From Thermoproteota archaeon (GTDB lineage: Archaea > Korarchaeota > Korarchaeia > Korarchaeales > Korarchaeaceae): DNA of 64,000 bases. The DNA is taken from positions 416,001-480,000 of the forward strand of contig JALSOH010000004.1 in the NCBI GenBank assembly GCA_026986575.1. The letters run 5' to 3'. The notes beneath the pieces were generated by a model. The model did no database searches. It saw nothing but the letters and a program-made list of their open reading frames with translations, and was not told the DNA's origin. This document shows positions 27,594 through 37,239 of the stretch, in pieces. How positions within the stretch are numbered: position 1 is the stretch's first letter; every line of letters begins with the position of its first letter. Both the position numbers and the translations under genes were made by a program.

Positions 27594-28868
27594 TCATTTT
27601 TGAATGAGGAGGCTCCTCCTCACCTCATGTTCCAGCTTCTTGGTCTTTATCATAGATGCTAACATCACCAGCACAGCAGATGCCCCGTAGAGGGCAGTCA
27701 ACCCAGCGTAGCTCGCCACGAAACCGCCCAAGAGAGCACCGATTGACCAACCAAGCGATCTCACGAAGTTTACCTGTCCGAGGTATTCCAGTGAGACCTT
27801 CAAGCCTCTCTTGGATATAGAGACCATGATGAAGGACCAAGTTGCCCCATCAAGCATCATGAACGCGATGAAGTACTCAAGTGGGGAGAAAATACCAAGC
27901 AAGACTGTTGGGACGCTGAAGAGCATGGCCGATCTTGCGAGCAGGGAGAGGTCCAAGTTCCTTATCTCGTCTCCCCTCCCAGCCCTCTTGTAGAGCATGC
28001 TGGAGACGAGGGAGCTCAGGGCTGACAGCAGGTAGATGCGGGAGTTGTTCAGGCCCAAAGCCTTCTGGACCCCAACAAGCTGCGGGTAAGCCAGTCCTAA
28101 GCCGATGAACGCCAAAAAGACCTTCAAACTGAAGGGAACTCCCACCTTGGGCAGGCTCAGCAGTATGTAGGCCGGCTTCTGGAAGAGGGTCCCCCTCGCC
28201 ACCCTAGAGATGAGGGCCATGGTCCATTCTAAGGCCTCCTCCTCCACGCGGTGAACTGCTTCAATGCCCTCCTCTATTATGGGGAGGAGGCCTATCTCCT
28301 CCTCGTAGGCCCTTCTCAATATGCTCAGGACGGGTATCCTCAGGGAGACCACGATGAGGGGCATCAGGAGGAGATCGATCAGGACGCTGAGTAGGGCCAG
28401 CCCCTCTATGTCCATCGAGTGAAGGATGAAAGCCCCTAGGAAGAGTCCGGCGAGCCAGGCCCATCCAGATACAGATTCATATGATGAGGAGGCCTCTGAT
28501 GGGTCCTTAAGCTGATCGTAGGCATAGAAGAGTCCCGAGAAGTATGAGATGGGGGAGAGGAAAGCAACCAAGAACGAGGCAAGGAGGGCAGCATAAACGT
28601 CTGGATAGCTGACTATCAGTCCGGGCACCACGAGAGAAAGATGTCCCAAGGCTATCCCAGGCACATGCCTGTCCTTTGGGGCTAAAGCCTTGGTCCACGC
28701 GAGGTTGCCGATCATAAGTCCCAAGTACATCAGGAAGAAGGAGAGTGAGAGGTGTTCAGGCCCTCCCCCGTACTCTAGGACTGCGAGCGGCGCTAGCTGG
28801 TAGAGTATGGAGGAGAGGAGCCTATGGGGGATAGAGGCCGTTTTCCACCTCTCCATTCTTCCTCTCAC
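27594..28868 (-). CDS. MFS-like membrane transporter
   Basis: About 12 hydrophobic segments in two halves separated by an acidic loop. Confidence 0.65.
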   Translation of the reverse strand: MRGRMERWKTASIPHRLLSSILYQLAPLAVLEYGGGPEHLSLSFFLMYLGLMIGNLAWTKALAPKDRHVPGIALGHLSLVVPGLIVSYPDVYAALLASFLVAFLSPISYFSGLFYAYDQLKDPSEASSSYESVSGWAWLAGLFLGAFILHSMDIEGLALLSVLIDLLLMPLIVVSLRIPVLSILRRAYEEEIGLLPIIEEGIEAVHRVEEEALEWTMALISRVARGTLFQKPAYILLSLPKVGVPFSLKVFLAFIGLGLAYPQLVGVQKALGLNNSRIYLLSALSSLVSSMLYKRAGRGDEIRNLDLSLLARSAMLFSVPTVLLGIFSPLEYFIAFMMLDGATWSFIMVSISKRGLKVSLEYLGQVNFVRSLGWSIGALLGGFVASYAGLTALYGASAVLVMLASMIKTKKLEHEVRRSLLIQK

Positions 28869-29535
28869 TTTCCTTTCCCAAGATCTCCCTTAATATTGAT
28901 TTGATGTATGGTCTCAGCTCGTCCTTGAGCACCAAGCCTAGGGCTATGCCCACCGCCACTCCTATGGAAATGGTGATAGCCGCTACAGCTATCACCACGG
29001 TCTGGACGAGCAAGCTGACATCTATCCCCATCGTAGAGAGGGCGGCTATTGTGAATACGGCGATGCTCGCGAACTTGAACAAGGACCCGAAGAACTCCTT
29101 TCCGGCTAAGGTGGAACCGAGTATGTGCTTCTTCACCATGCCTCCGACGATCATTCCGATGAACACTAGAAAGAGACCAGCTAGTATCTTGGGTGAGTGC
29201 TCCACTAGGGCCTTGGCCGAGTCGGCTAGGACGCCTGAGCCCAAGTTCTCGGCAGCGACTCCTATGAACAGGAGGTAGATGTACCACTTGACTAGCCCAG
29301 CGAGGAGACCGGAGGGACTTATGCCGTACAGTTCGTCCATGAGGCCCTTCCTACGTACCCATTTGTCCAGTCCAAGGAACTTCCTTAACAGTCCACTGAT
29401 GACTATGCCCACGAGTCTCCCTATCACGTATCCCACTAGCAAAATCACGGCAGCGGATAGCAGCTTGGGAGCGGTCACTTTGAACAGCATCCAGAGCTGC
29501 TCCAGCGCCACGACCACGTCCTGTAGGCCCTGCAT
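28822..29535 (-). CDS. MscS-associated TM-helix repeat membrane protein
   Basis: Two repeats of P(K)(L/I)L.A..ILLVG..IG; GIAxG C-terminal helix. Confidence 0.7.
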   Translation of the reverse strand: MQGLQDVVVALEQLWMLFKVTAPKLLSAAVILLVGYVIGRLVGIVISGLLRKFLGLDKWVRRKGLMDELYGISPSGLLAGLVKWYIYLLFIGVAAENLGSGVLADSAKALVEHSPKILAGLFLVFIGMIVGGMVKKHILGSTLAGKEFFGSLFKFASIAVFTIAALSTMGIDVSLLVQTVVIAVAAITISIGVAVGIALGLVLKDELRPYIKSILREILGKESERKNGEVENGLYPP

Positions 29536-29600
29536 TCCTACCAGCCGGCAGTCGGCTCAAACCCGTTTATAAATGTTTCTGGTCAAAAATAGGAGGTTAT

Positions 29601-31040
29601 TCAGGCTGAAAACTTCTCCATGGGCTTGACGTCGTGAGGAGCTATCTCTCTAGCACCTACTGATGATAGGAGGGCTATCCTGGCCCTCTCCTTCATTTCC
29701 CCTATGTTGGCAGCGCCCACATAGCCGAAGGCTGCCTTCAAGCCCGCGACGAACTTATCTATGACCGTCGCGACATCTCCCCTGTACGGGACCAGACCCT
29801 CTATCCCCTCGGCTATGTCCTTGGACGGCTTGCTGTACCTGTCCAGAGCGAACCTCTTGGACCTGGCCGATGGGCTGCCCATCCCTCTGTAAACCTTGTA
29901 CATCTTTCCACCCACTATCAGGGGAGATCCTGGGGACTCCTTGGTTCCAGCCAAGGCAAAGCCGAGCATGACAGCATCTGCACCGGCTGCAAAGGCTTTA
30001 GCAGCTTCAGCGGGACCTCTAACCCCTCCATCAGCGATAACAGCCACATCAGAGCCGTATTTAGCTACCGCTTCGGAGGCCTTGGCCACGGCGAAGAGGG
30101 TTGGTGCGGCGACACCGGTTACCTCTCCCGTGGTGCATATGCTCCCGCTGGCTATGCCGACCCTCAGACCAACGACATCCAGCCTGGTGATGATCTCCTC
30201 AGCAGCCTCGTAGGTCCCGATGTTTCCCGCCACTAAGGGAACGTTGACCTCCTCAGTTATCCTCTTAGCAGCCCTCATCACGTTCTCATTATGGAAGTGT
30301 GCCACATCAGTGACCAGCAGATCCACATAAGGTTCAAGGGTCTTCGCCCTCTCCAAATCGAAGGGAGATATGGCCGCAGCTACTCTCAGCCTTCCCTCCT
30401 CATCTCTGGTGGCAAACGGATGTGACTCCCTATAAAAGACGTCCTTGGCAGTTATAAGACCGACTAGCCGACCAGAATCGTCGACCACAGGAAGCTTCTC
30501 TATTTTATAGCGGGACATGATCTTCCTAGCCTCTTGAGGAGTGATGTCCGGACTGACCGTGATCACATCTTTCGTCATCACCTCCTTAACCACCTGATTA
30601 CCGTCCTCAGCGAAGTAAACATCTCTCCTAGTTATTATGCCCACCAGCCTCCCCTCAGCCACGACAGGGAGGCCCGATATGTTCATCTCCTTCATTATCG
30701 CTCGAGCGGCTTCGACGGTATCATCGGGAGTAACAGTCACCACATCCCTTATTATGAAAGATTCCGCCCTCTTAACAGCTTTAGCCATGTTAACTTGCTC
30801 TTCCACTGTACAATTCCTGTGCAGTACACCCAAAGCGCCCATCCTAGCGACGGCTATGGCCATCTCTGCCTCCGTCACTGTATCCATCGGAGAGGATAGT
30901 ATGGGGACGTGAAGCCCGATTTCCCCCAGCCGAGTGGATAGATCCACCTCGGAAGGTTCTACTTGGGTCTTTCCGGGCAGGAGAATGACGTCTCCGAAGG
31001 TGAAGGCCATCTCTATGTTAGCGAACTTATCCCAAGGCAT
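29601..31040 (-). CDS. guaB: IMP dehydrogenase (with CBS pair)
   Basis: SSPMDTVTE, GVLHRN, CBS domains, D.AH, GSICTT, IADGG, KVYRGMGS, EGIEG.VPY.G. Confidence 0.95.
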   Translation of the reverse strand: MPWDKFANIEMAFTFGDVILLPGKTQVEPSEVDLSTRLGEIGLHVPILSSPMDTVTEAEMAIAVARMGALGVLHRNCTVEEQVNMAKAVKRAESFIIRDVVTVTPDDTVEAARAIMKEMNISGLPVVAEGRLVGIITRRDVYFAEDGNQVVKEVMTKDVITVSPDITPQEARKIMSRYKIEKLPVVDDSGRLVGLITAKDVFYRESHPFATRDEEGRLRVAAAISPFDLERAKTLEPYVDLLVTDVAHFHNENVMRAAKRITEEVNVPLVAGNIGTYEAAEEIITRLDVVGLRVGIASGSICTTGEVTGVAAPTLFAVAKASEAVAKYGSDVAVIADGGVRGPAEAAKAFAAGADAVMLGFALAGTKESPGSPLIVGGKMYKVYRGMGSPSARSKRFALDRYSKPSKDIAEGIEGLVPYRGDVATVIDKFVAGLKAAFGYVGAANIGEMKERARIALLSSVGAREIAPHDVKPMEKFSA

Positions 31041-31083
31041 ATCTAGAGTGGATAGATGGTTGGATAAACTTTTCGCCCCCGTG

Positions 31084-31488
31084 TCAGGGCTCGACAGTCC
31101 TGCTCTTGGGGACTAGGTTGCGGAGCACCTTCCCATTGTAGTACCCTGAGCCAGCGAAAACCGGGCCGAACTTTACCAAGTAAACGCCCCTCTCCGGCAG
31201 CTCTACTGCTATATCCTCTCCCCTCATCCATCTCCTGAACTCCTCCTCGGTGAGCTCCACCACATGCCTCGAAGCCCCCCTGCCGATTATGTAAGATCCC
31301 TCCACGCTAATTATGTAACCGTAAGGGGCCTTCTTGGCCAGATAGACCCCTCTTATCACATCTTTCACATAGAATTCGGCAGCCTCCTTGGTCAGGAGCC
31401 TTATCCTCTTCTTACCTGACCTGACTAGGGAGAAGCCAGAGAGATCGACACCGAACCACTCCCTGATCCAGGCGAGGAACTCGCTCAC
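31084..31488 (-). CDS. RsmF C-terminal/NIP7-like PUA-domain protein
   Basis: GTG at 31488 overlaps the upstream stop. SVEG...IG, VEL....WMRGEDI, LRNLVPK.R. Confidence 0.75.
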   Translation of the reverse strand: MSEFLAWIREWFGVDLSGFSLVRSGKKRIRLLTKEAAEFYVKDVIRGVYLAKKAPYGYIISVEGSYIIGRGASRHVVELTEEEFRRWMRGEDIAVELPERGVYLVKFGPVFAGSGYYNGKVLRNLVPKSRTVEP

Positions 31489-32432
31489 ATAGGCTTCCTT
31501 AGTAGGGCCACGAAGAAGCCTATCGTGTCGTTGTCCTGCGGGTATATCCTCATGGTTTTCCTCAGCTCGCCTCCGAACTCCCAATCCATCCACCTCTCCA
31601 ATCCTGGCCTCCACCTGAGCCCCTCCAACTGGGGCTCCTCCAATACGGCACCTAGCTTCAGGAGGTTATAAACGACCCACTCGTTCTCCTTCGGTTCCAA
31701 CGTGCATGTGGAGTACACCATGACTCCTCCTTTCTTGAGGACGCGGTAGGCCGCCTTAGCAAGGGAGAGTTGGAGCTTGGCTATCTTGTTGACGGACTTG
31801 GGGCTCCACCTAGCCAGAGCACCCCAAGACCTCCTGACCTCTCCTAGAGAACTGCAGGGAGCATCTAACAGCACTTTATCAAATTTCTCCTCCCCGAAGA
31901 ATTGAGGAGCCCTCCTTCCGTCGGACAGAGTAACTATTACGTTGATGGATCCCATCCTCTGGATGTTGGCTATCAAGGCGTCTACCCGATCGGGAGTCAC
32001 ATCATTGGCCACCAAAACCCCCTCGTACCTCATCATCTCGGATAGCTGGGTGGTCTTGGATCCTGGGGAGGCAGCCAGATCCAATACCCTCTCACCTGGA
32101 CCGGGCGAGAGGACAACCGGGGGGATCATGGAAGCCGCTTCCTGAACGTAATATAGACCTAGCTGGTGCCATTCAGTATTTCCCAGTCTTTCCGGACCCT
32201 TCCTCACCCTGTAGCCGTACTCGTACCACGGTATTGGCTCCAACACCCACCCACTCTCCTCAAGCTTCGCCACCAGCCAGTCAGGATCTACTTTCATCGG
32301 ATTGAGCCTGATGCTTGGAATTGGCTTCCTTGCCATGAAGGACAGGAGTATGTCGTACTCCTCTCCAAGGAGTTTCCTGTACCTCCTCTCAAACTCCGGT
32401 TTTATCAGCCCCTCCGGGATGCCATCGCTCAT
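31485..32432 (-). CDS. RsmB/NOP2/NSUN family RNA m5C methyltransferase
   Basis: YVQEAASM.P, VLDLAASPGSKTT, LLDAPCS, VYSTCT, ENE.VV, GFFVA. Confidence 0.93.
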   Translation of the reverse strand: MSDGIPEGLIKPEFERRYRKLLGEEYDILLSFMARKPIPSIRLNPMKVDPDWLVAKLEESGWVLEPIPWYEYGYRVRKGPERLGNTEWHQLGLYYVQEAASMIPPVVLSPGPGERVLDLAASPGSKTTQLSEMMRYEGVLVANDVTPDRVDALIANIQRMGSINVIVTLSDGRRAPQFFGEEKFDKVLLDAPCSSLGEVRRSWGALARWSPKSVNKIAKLQLSLAKAAYRVLKKGGVMVYSTCTLEPKENEWVVYNLLKLGAVLEEPQLEGLRWRPGLERWMDWEFGGELRKTMRIYPQDNDTIGFFVALLRKPM

Positions 32433-32466
32433 CTCGCCAGATGAGACCCCTAGCTTTATCTAGGTT

Positions 32467-34206
32467 TTGGATAGATGGAGCCTGATGGGTGTTAACTTGG
32501 AGGAGCTGAGGGACCTGATACTCAAGTTGGCTGCTGAAAACGCTCTCAAGTACGGTAAGGCCAATCCAAAGGCTGTCCTAGGTAAGCTCATGGCATCTCG
32601 ACCGGATCTTAGACCGAAAGCTAGGGAACTGGCTTCTCTGGTGGAGGAAGTGGTCTCTCAGGTCAATGAGATGCCTCCTGAAGCCCTGAAAGAGATAGCC
32701 ACTCCACCTAAGAGGGAGAGAAAGCCACAGGGGAGAGTATGGCCACCCCTAGAGGGGGCTGAGGAGGGTAACGTCGTGACGAGGGTGGCACCGGAACCCA
32801 ACGGTTATCCGACGCTGGGGCACGCTAAGGGGCTGTTAGTCCCCTTCATATACGCTAGGATATACAAGGGGAAGTTCCTGCTCAGATTCGAGGACACCAA
32901 CCCTAGGGTGGAGAGGCTGGAGTTCTACGATGCCATAAGGGAGGAGTTTTCCAGACTACTCGAGGCTGCTGAGAGGGAACTCGGGCTGTCACCGGGTAAA
33001 TGGGACGAGGAGATTATTGAGTCCTATCACATCCCTAAAATGTACGAGCTGGCGGAGAGGCTGATAAAGCAGGGAGACGCATATGTATGCACATGCCCAG
33101 CTGAGAAGGTCCGTCAGTGGAGGAGAGAGGGAAGGGAATGCGAGCACAGGGATCAGCCGGTGGAAGTCAACTTGGAGTTGTGGGAAAGAATGCTTGAGGG
33201 AGATTTCAAGGAGGGAGAGGCTCATCTCAGGCTCAAGACGGACATGAGGCATCCCAACATAACCATGAGGGATCCAGGCATCTGCAGGATAGTGGAGGCG
33301 CCTCACCCGATCCACGGGGACAGGTTCAGGGTGTACCCAGTGTACGACTTCTCGGTCAGCGTCATGGACTCTCTAACTGGGGTAACTCATGCGTTCCGTA
33401 GCAAGGAGTTCGAACCACATGTAGAGGTTCAGAGGACGATAATCAGGAAGCTGGGCCTGAGGGAATATCACATGGTGCAGTTCGGCAGGATAACAGTGGA
33501 AGGGATCCCCCTCTCCAAGAGGTACATAAGGCCTCTTGTGGAGAGCGGGATCTTGGAAGGGTGGGACGATCCTAGGATACCGACCCTTAGGGGGCTGTTC
33601 AGGAGGGGCATCCTCCCAGAGGCGATAGTGAGGTTCTTCCACGAGCTCGGACCAAGTAAGGTGGATGCCACGGTCAACATGGACATGCTAGCAGCCATTA
33701 ACAGGAAGTTACTCGACCCCAAAGTGCCCCGCTACATGTTCGTCCCGGATCCAGTCAGGGCAGTTATAGAGGGGATAGACACTCCTGTAGAGGCGAGGGT
33801 GCAGATCCATCCAGATTCAAAGGAGTACAGAACGATAGTCGTGGAGGAACCGATCGTCTACATATCAAAGAGCGATGTGGAGGGTTTGAAGGCTGGAGAT
33901 GAATTCAGGCTGAGGGGTCTAGCTACAGTGAGGGTGAGGAGCGTGAACCCCGACGAGGTATCCCTGATCCTCAGCCAAGAGCAGAAGATCAAGGGGGTCA
34001 AGATCATACAGTGGGCGCCGCTCAAGGGAGGTGTCCCAGCTAGGGTATTCATCCCTCTGTCCCCCTACTCTTACGAGATGCTGGGAGGTTATGGAGAACC
34101 CGCATTGGCCGAGATGAGGGAGGGCGATATGGCCCAGATGCTGAGGATGGGGTTCGTCAGACTGGATAAGCGGAAGCCCCTGACCTTCATCTTATCGCAC
34201 AGGTAA
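32467..34206 (+). CDS. gltX: Glutamate--tRNA ligase (archaeal type)
   Basis: NA.KYGKA N-domain, TR.APEPNG..TLGH, LRFEDTNP, YP.YDF, LSKR, GWDDPR.PT. Confidence 0.95.
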   Translation: MDRWSLMGVNLEELRDLILKLAAENALKYGKANPKAVLGKLMASRPDLRPKARELASLVEEVVSQVNEMPPEALKEIATPPKRERKPQGRVWPPLEGAEEGNVVTRVAPEPNGYPTLGHAKGLLVPFIYARIYKGKFLLRFEDTNPRVERLEFYDAIREEFSRLLEAAERELGLSPGKWDEEIIESYHIPKMYELAERLIKQGDAYVCTCPAEKVRQWRREGRECEHRDQPVEVNLELWERMLEGDFKEGEAHLRLKTDMRHPNITMRDPGICRIVEAPHPIHGDRFRVYPVYDFSVSVMDSLTGVTHAFRSKEFEPHVEVQRTIIRKLGLREYHMVQFGRITVEGIPLSKRYIRPLVESGILEGWDDPRIPTLRGLFRRGILPEAIVRFFHELGPSKVDATVNMDMLAAINRKLLDPKVPRYMFVPDPVRAVIEGIDTPVEARVQIHPDSKEYRTIVVEEPIVYISKSDVEGLKAGDEFRLRGLATVRVRSVNPDEVSLILSQEQKIKGVKIIQWAPLKGGVPARVFIPLSPYSYEMLGGYGEPALAEMREGDMAQMLRMGFVRLDKRKPLTFILSHR

Positions 34207-34332
34207 TTATCCTCATCATTTTTCCCAAGCGGAGGTATTAGGGGCTCGATACCTCCTTCATACAGCACTATTAATTGACGAGAGTTCCATTTAAAAGGGG
34301 GCAAGCTTGACTATGCGTGAAGGGATGAATGG

Positions 34333-37239
34333 ATGAGATGGAAACTAGCGGCCCTCCTGATAGTCCTATCGATGAGCCTTGTCGCCGCTTCTTCTCACGA
34401 TCTGACGCCAAATGAGGTATCAAAGATTAAAGTGTACGATTCCAAGCCGTTATACAGGGTCCCCCAACCTGTCATACATGGGGATAGGCTATACACGATA
34501 GGAGGTCAGGGAGACACCTTGATTGCCATGAATCTGAACGGAGAAAAGCTCTGGAGCGTCAGGATAGGCGCTAAAGTATCTACCCCTCCTCTAGTAATCC
34601 CTGAAGCATACTACGGCCATGCGAAGAAGGAGTCATGGGTCATAGTGGCAACGGACTCTTTTGAGCTGAGGGCTTACAACTCGGTCGCCGGTGAATTGAG
34701 GATAGAGAGGCTCAGATTACCTTCAGCACCCTCCGGATCTCCCATGACCTACTTGAATGATGGTAGAACAATAGTGGTTCCCCTCACCAGCTCCCTCCAA
34801 GCTGTGGACTTGAGGTCCAAGTCAACTGGCTGGTCCGTGGATTTGGGATTCAGGATAAGGCATGTGCACTACGTAAATGGTGGTGCTGTAATTTACGGAG
34901 ATTATCAGATCGCATACTTCGATCTAAATTCACGCAAGCTGGTCTGGAATCTGGAACTGGGAGAGAAGATACTAGTTGCTGGTGATGATTCCTCCTTCAT
35001 CGGGGTGATGCTTCAGAACGGTACTGTGGTATCAATAAACACCTCTACAGGCGAACCGGTTGCTAGGAGGGATATGACCGATATCTTGGGGTACGAGTTC
35101 CCCTACGGGATGTTCCCAGTATTGGACGGCATAGGTGCGCTGACCAGCTCGAACGAAGCCATACTCTTCATAAATCTATCGGATCTCAGCGTATCTAGAC
35201 CCATAAAGACGTGGATGCCCCCGGCCTCCCAACCGGTCGCGGCGGGCAAAGCTCTTCTCTACTTCTCAAAGTTCGGTGAGGTCAGAGTCTATCACTACAC
35301 CCACAGATTCCTGCTTTCAGAGTTTAAAGTATCCAACCCACCGTTCAGCTTGGTTACGGTCTCTGCGAGCGGTAATCACACAACTTCTATCTCATACATA
35401 GACGGAAACGGTGATCTCCACCTCCTCAGGCTACCCGACCACTGGATAAAGATCCAAAGGACCGAGCCCAAGGATGGAGGTTACTTGGTCGAGGGATTTG
35501 TCTGCAGCACGGCGCTGGGTGGCGAGAGGAGCAAGATCGTGCTGTATGTGATGTCTCAACAGGGAGAAGTAATCGGAGAGAAGACAATCGGGTTCCTAAC
35601 TCCCGGTCGCTGTGGGGCTAGGTTCTCCACCATGTTACAGGGCAAGGGAGCCCTAGGACTGATCGTGGGAGAGGAAGCTCTTTCTCCCAATGTCCCCATA
35701 GGTCTAACTAGGGAGGAATGGATCTCCCTAAAAGGCGGCGCGTCGGTCACCACCACGACAGCGCCCGCGACCACGACCACTACGAAACCCGCTGGGCAAC
35801 CCAAACTGGAAGTTCGAGCACCATCCCAGCTGGTTGTAGGGGACGTTTTCAAACTGAATGTTTCCGGAATAAACTCGTGGGGCGTAGAAGAACTCACATT
35901 CGTAATCAAGGGGCCAACTATCCAGGGCGATGAGGTCGCAGAAAAGGTGGGCCCCGGATCCGAATTCTCCGTATCAATAGAGGGCCGGGCTCTCAATCCG
36001 GGGACGAGCGCGATTCTCTATATAAAACACGGTGATGAGGTGCTCTACAAGAAGGAAATATCCGTGAGAGTAGAGCAGGGCAGGGTAATAGATGAGGTGA
36101 GGGCCCCAAAGGAGGCGAAGGTCAACAGCTCCATCATAGTGACGGTGAAGCTCGTCAACAGGTTCCGGGATAACGCTCAATTCATCTTAGTCACATCTCT
36201 GGATGGCTCCCTCATCGAGAGGAAGGTCGGCCCCTTGAGGGCGGGAGGAAGTGCCGAGGTACATGTTAAAGTCACTCCCAGAAAGACGGGCGATCTTCAA
36301 CTAAGAGTTCAAGCTCTGGCTGGAGGCAAGGTCGTCGATAAGAGGGTCTCCACGATCACGGTGACTGTCGCACCACCGTCCACGCCACCGGTCGTTACAA
36401 CCCAGCAATCCGCTCTCCCCATACCACTGGAGTACTTGGTGGGTGGGATAATAGGCGCAGTTCTCATTTTGATTGCGATCGCACTCTTGCTAGGATCTAG
36501 GAAGCCTAAGGAGGTGAAGATGGAGGAGATAAAGCCAATCATCGCGCCAGCAATAGAGGAAGCAGCGGCGAAAGGGATCCCGGAGACCAGACCACCCTCT
36601 ATCATTCCGCCGGAGATCGAACAGGAGGAGATAGGGATAGAGGTACCTAGGATTCACAGGATAGAGATGGAAGAGGCTCCTAAGCCTGAGATAGAGGAGG
36701 AAGAGGAAGGGAGGGTGACTCCTCCGGAGATGGAGGAGGAGATCCCAGCCATAGGTCCAGAAGTCAAGGAGGAAAGGGTGATCTCCGAGGAGGCAAGGGA
36801 ATCGGTAGAGAGTGAACTGGAGTCCGTGAAGAAGAGGCTAGAGGATGTGAGGAGGGCCATATCAAAGTTAGAGGAGATAGTAGGATTTGAGCTCTCACCG
36901 TACAGGCTCGTGGATGCGGAGACCATGCTGGTCTCGGCGGAGCTGAAACTGAAGGAAGGGGACGTGAGCGAAGCGGAGAAGATCGTTAACTCTGTAAAGG
37001 AGTCGCTTGACGTGCTGGAGGCGGAGGTCTCCGAGGCGGAGAAGGTCTTTCTTGAGAACTGGAGCGCGGTGGAGAACAGGATCGACATAATGCTCAGGGT
37101 CTGGGGGAAGGCTCCCGCCAACATGCTCACCATGGTTCCGGCCGGCTTCAGGATACACGCGTTGGAGAGATTCAGAAAGCTGCATCCGGATAGAAAATTG
37201 GAGCTGAGGGGAGACGAACTCATTTCGCTGGAGGAGTGA
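34333..37239 (+). CDS. Large single-pass membrane protein: PQQ-like beta-propeller, Thr linker, Ig domains, TM, Glu/Pro-rich and coiled-coil cytoplasmic tail
   Basis: Signal peptide; G.KLW, TGW and LVW propeller repeats; TTTTAPATTTTT linker; TM around aa 700-722; acidic helical C-terminus. Confidence 0.75.
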   Translation: MRWKLAALLIVLSMSLVAASSHDLTPNEVSKIKVYDSKPLYRVPQPVIHGDRLYTIGGQGDTLIAMNLNGEKLWSVRIGAKVSTPPLVIPEAYYGHAKKESWVIVATDSFELRAYNSVAGELRIERLRLPSAPSGSPMTYLNDGRTIVVPLTSSLQAVDLRSKSTGWSVDLGFRIRHVHYVNGGAVIYGDYQIAYFDLNSRKLVWNLELGEKILVAGDDSSFIGVMLQNGTVVSINTSTGEPVARRDMTDILGYEFPYGMFPVLDGIGALTSSNEAILFINLSDLSVSRPIKTWMPPASQPVAAGKALLYFSKFGEVRVYHYTHRFLLSEFKVSNPPFSLVTVSASGNHTTSISYIDGNGDLHLLRLPDHWIKIQRTEPKDGGYLVEGFVCSTALGGERSKIVLYVMSQQGEVIGEKTIGFLTPGRCGARFSTMLQGKGALGLIVGEEALSPNVPIGLTREEWISLKGGASVTTTTAPATTTTTKPAGQPKLEVRAPSQLVVGDVFKLNVSGINSWGVEELTFVIKGPTIQGDEVAEKVGPGSEFSVSIEGRALNPGTSAILYIKHGDEVLYKKEISVRVEQGRVIDEVRAPKEAKVNSSIIVTVKLVNRFRDNAQFILVTSLDGSLIERKVGPLRAGGSAEVHVKVTPRKTGDLQLRVQALAGGKVVDKRVSTITVTVAPPSTPPVVTTQQSALPIPLEYLVGGIIGAVLILIAIALLLGSRKPKEVKMEEIKPIIAPAIEEAAAKGIPETRPPSIIPPEIEQEEIGIEVPRIHRIEMEEAPKPEIEEEEEGRVTPPEMEEEIPAIGPEVKEERVISEEARESVESELESVKKRLEDVRRAISKLEEIVGFELSPYRLVDAETMLVSAELKLKEGDVSEAEKIVNSVKESLDVLEAEVSEAEKVFLENWSAVENRIDIMLRVWGKAPANMLTMVPAGFRIHALERFRKLHPDRKLELRGDELISLEE

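Noticed and set aside
32815-32826. TLGH in place of HIGH in GluRS
   Set aside because: Within the known variability of the class I signature; other motifs are intact.
35745-35790. ACC/ACG-rich repeat
   Set aside because: It simply encodes the Thr-rich linker of the surface protein.
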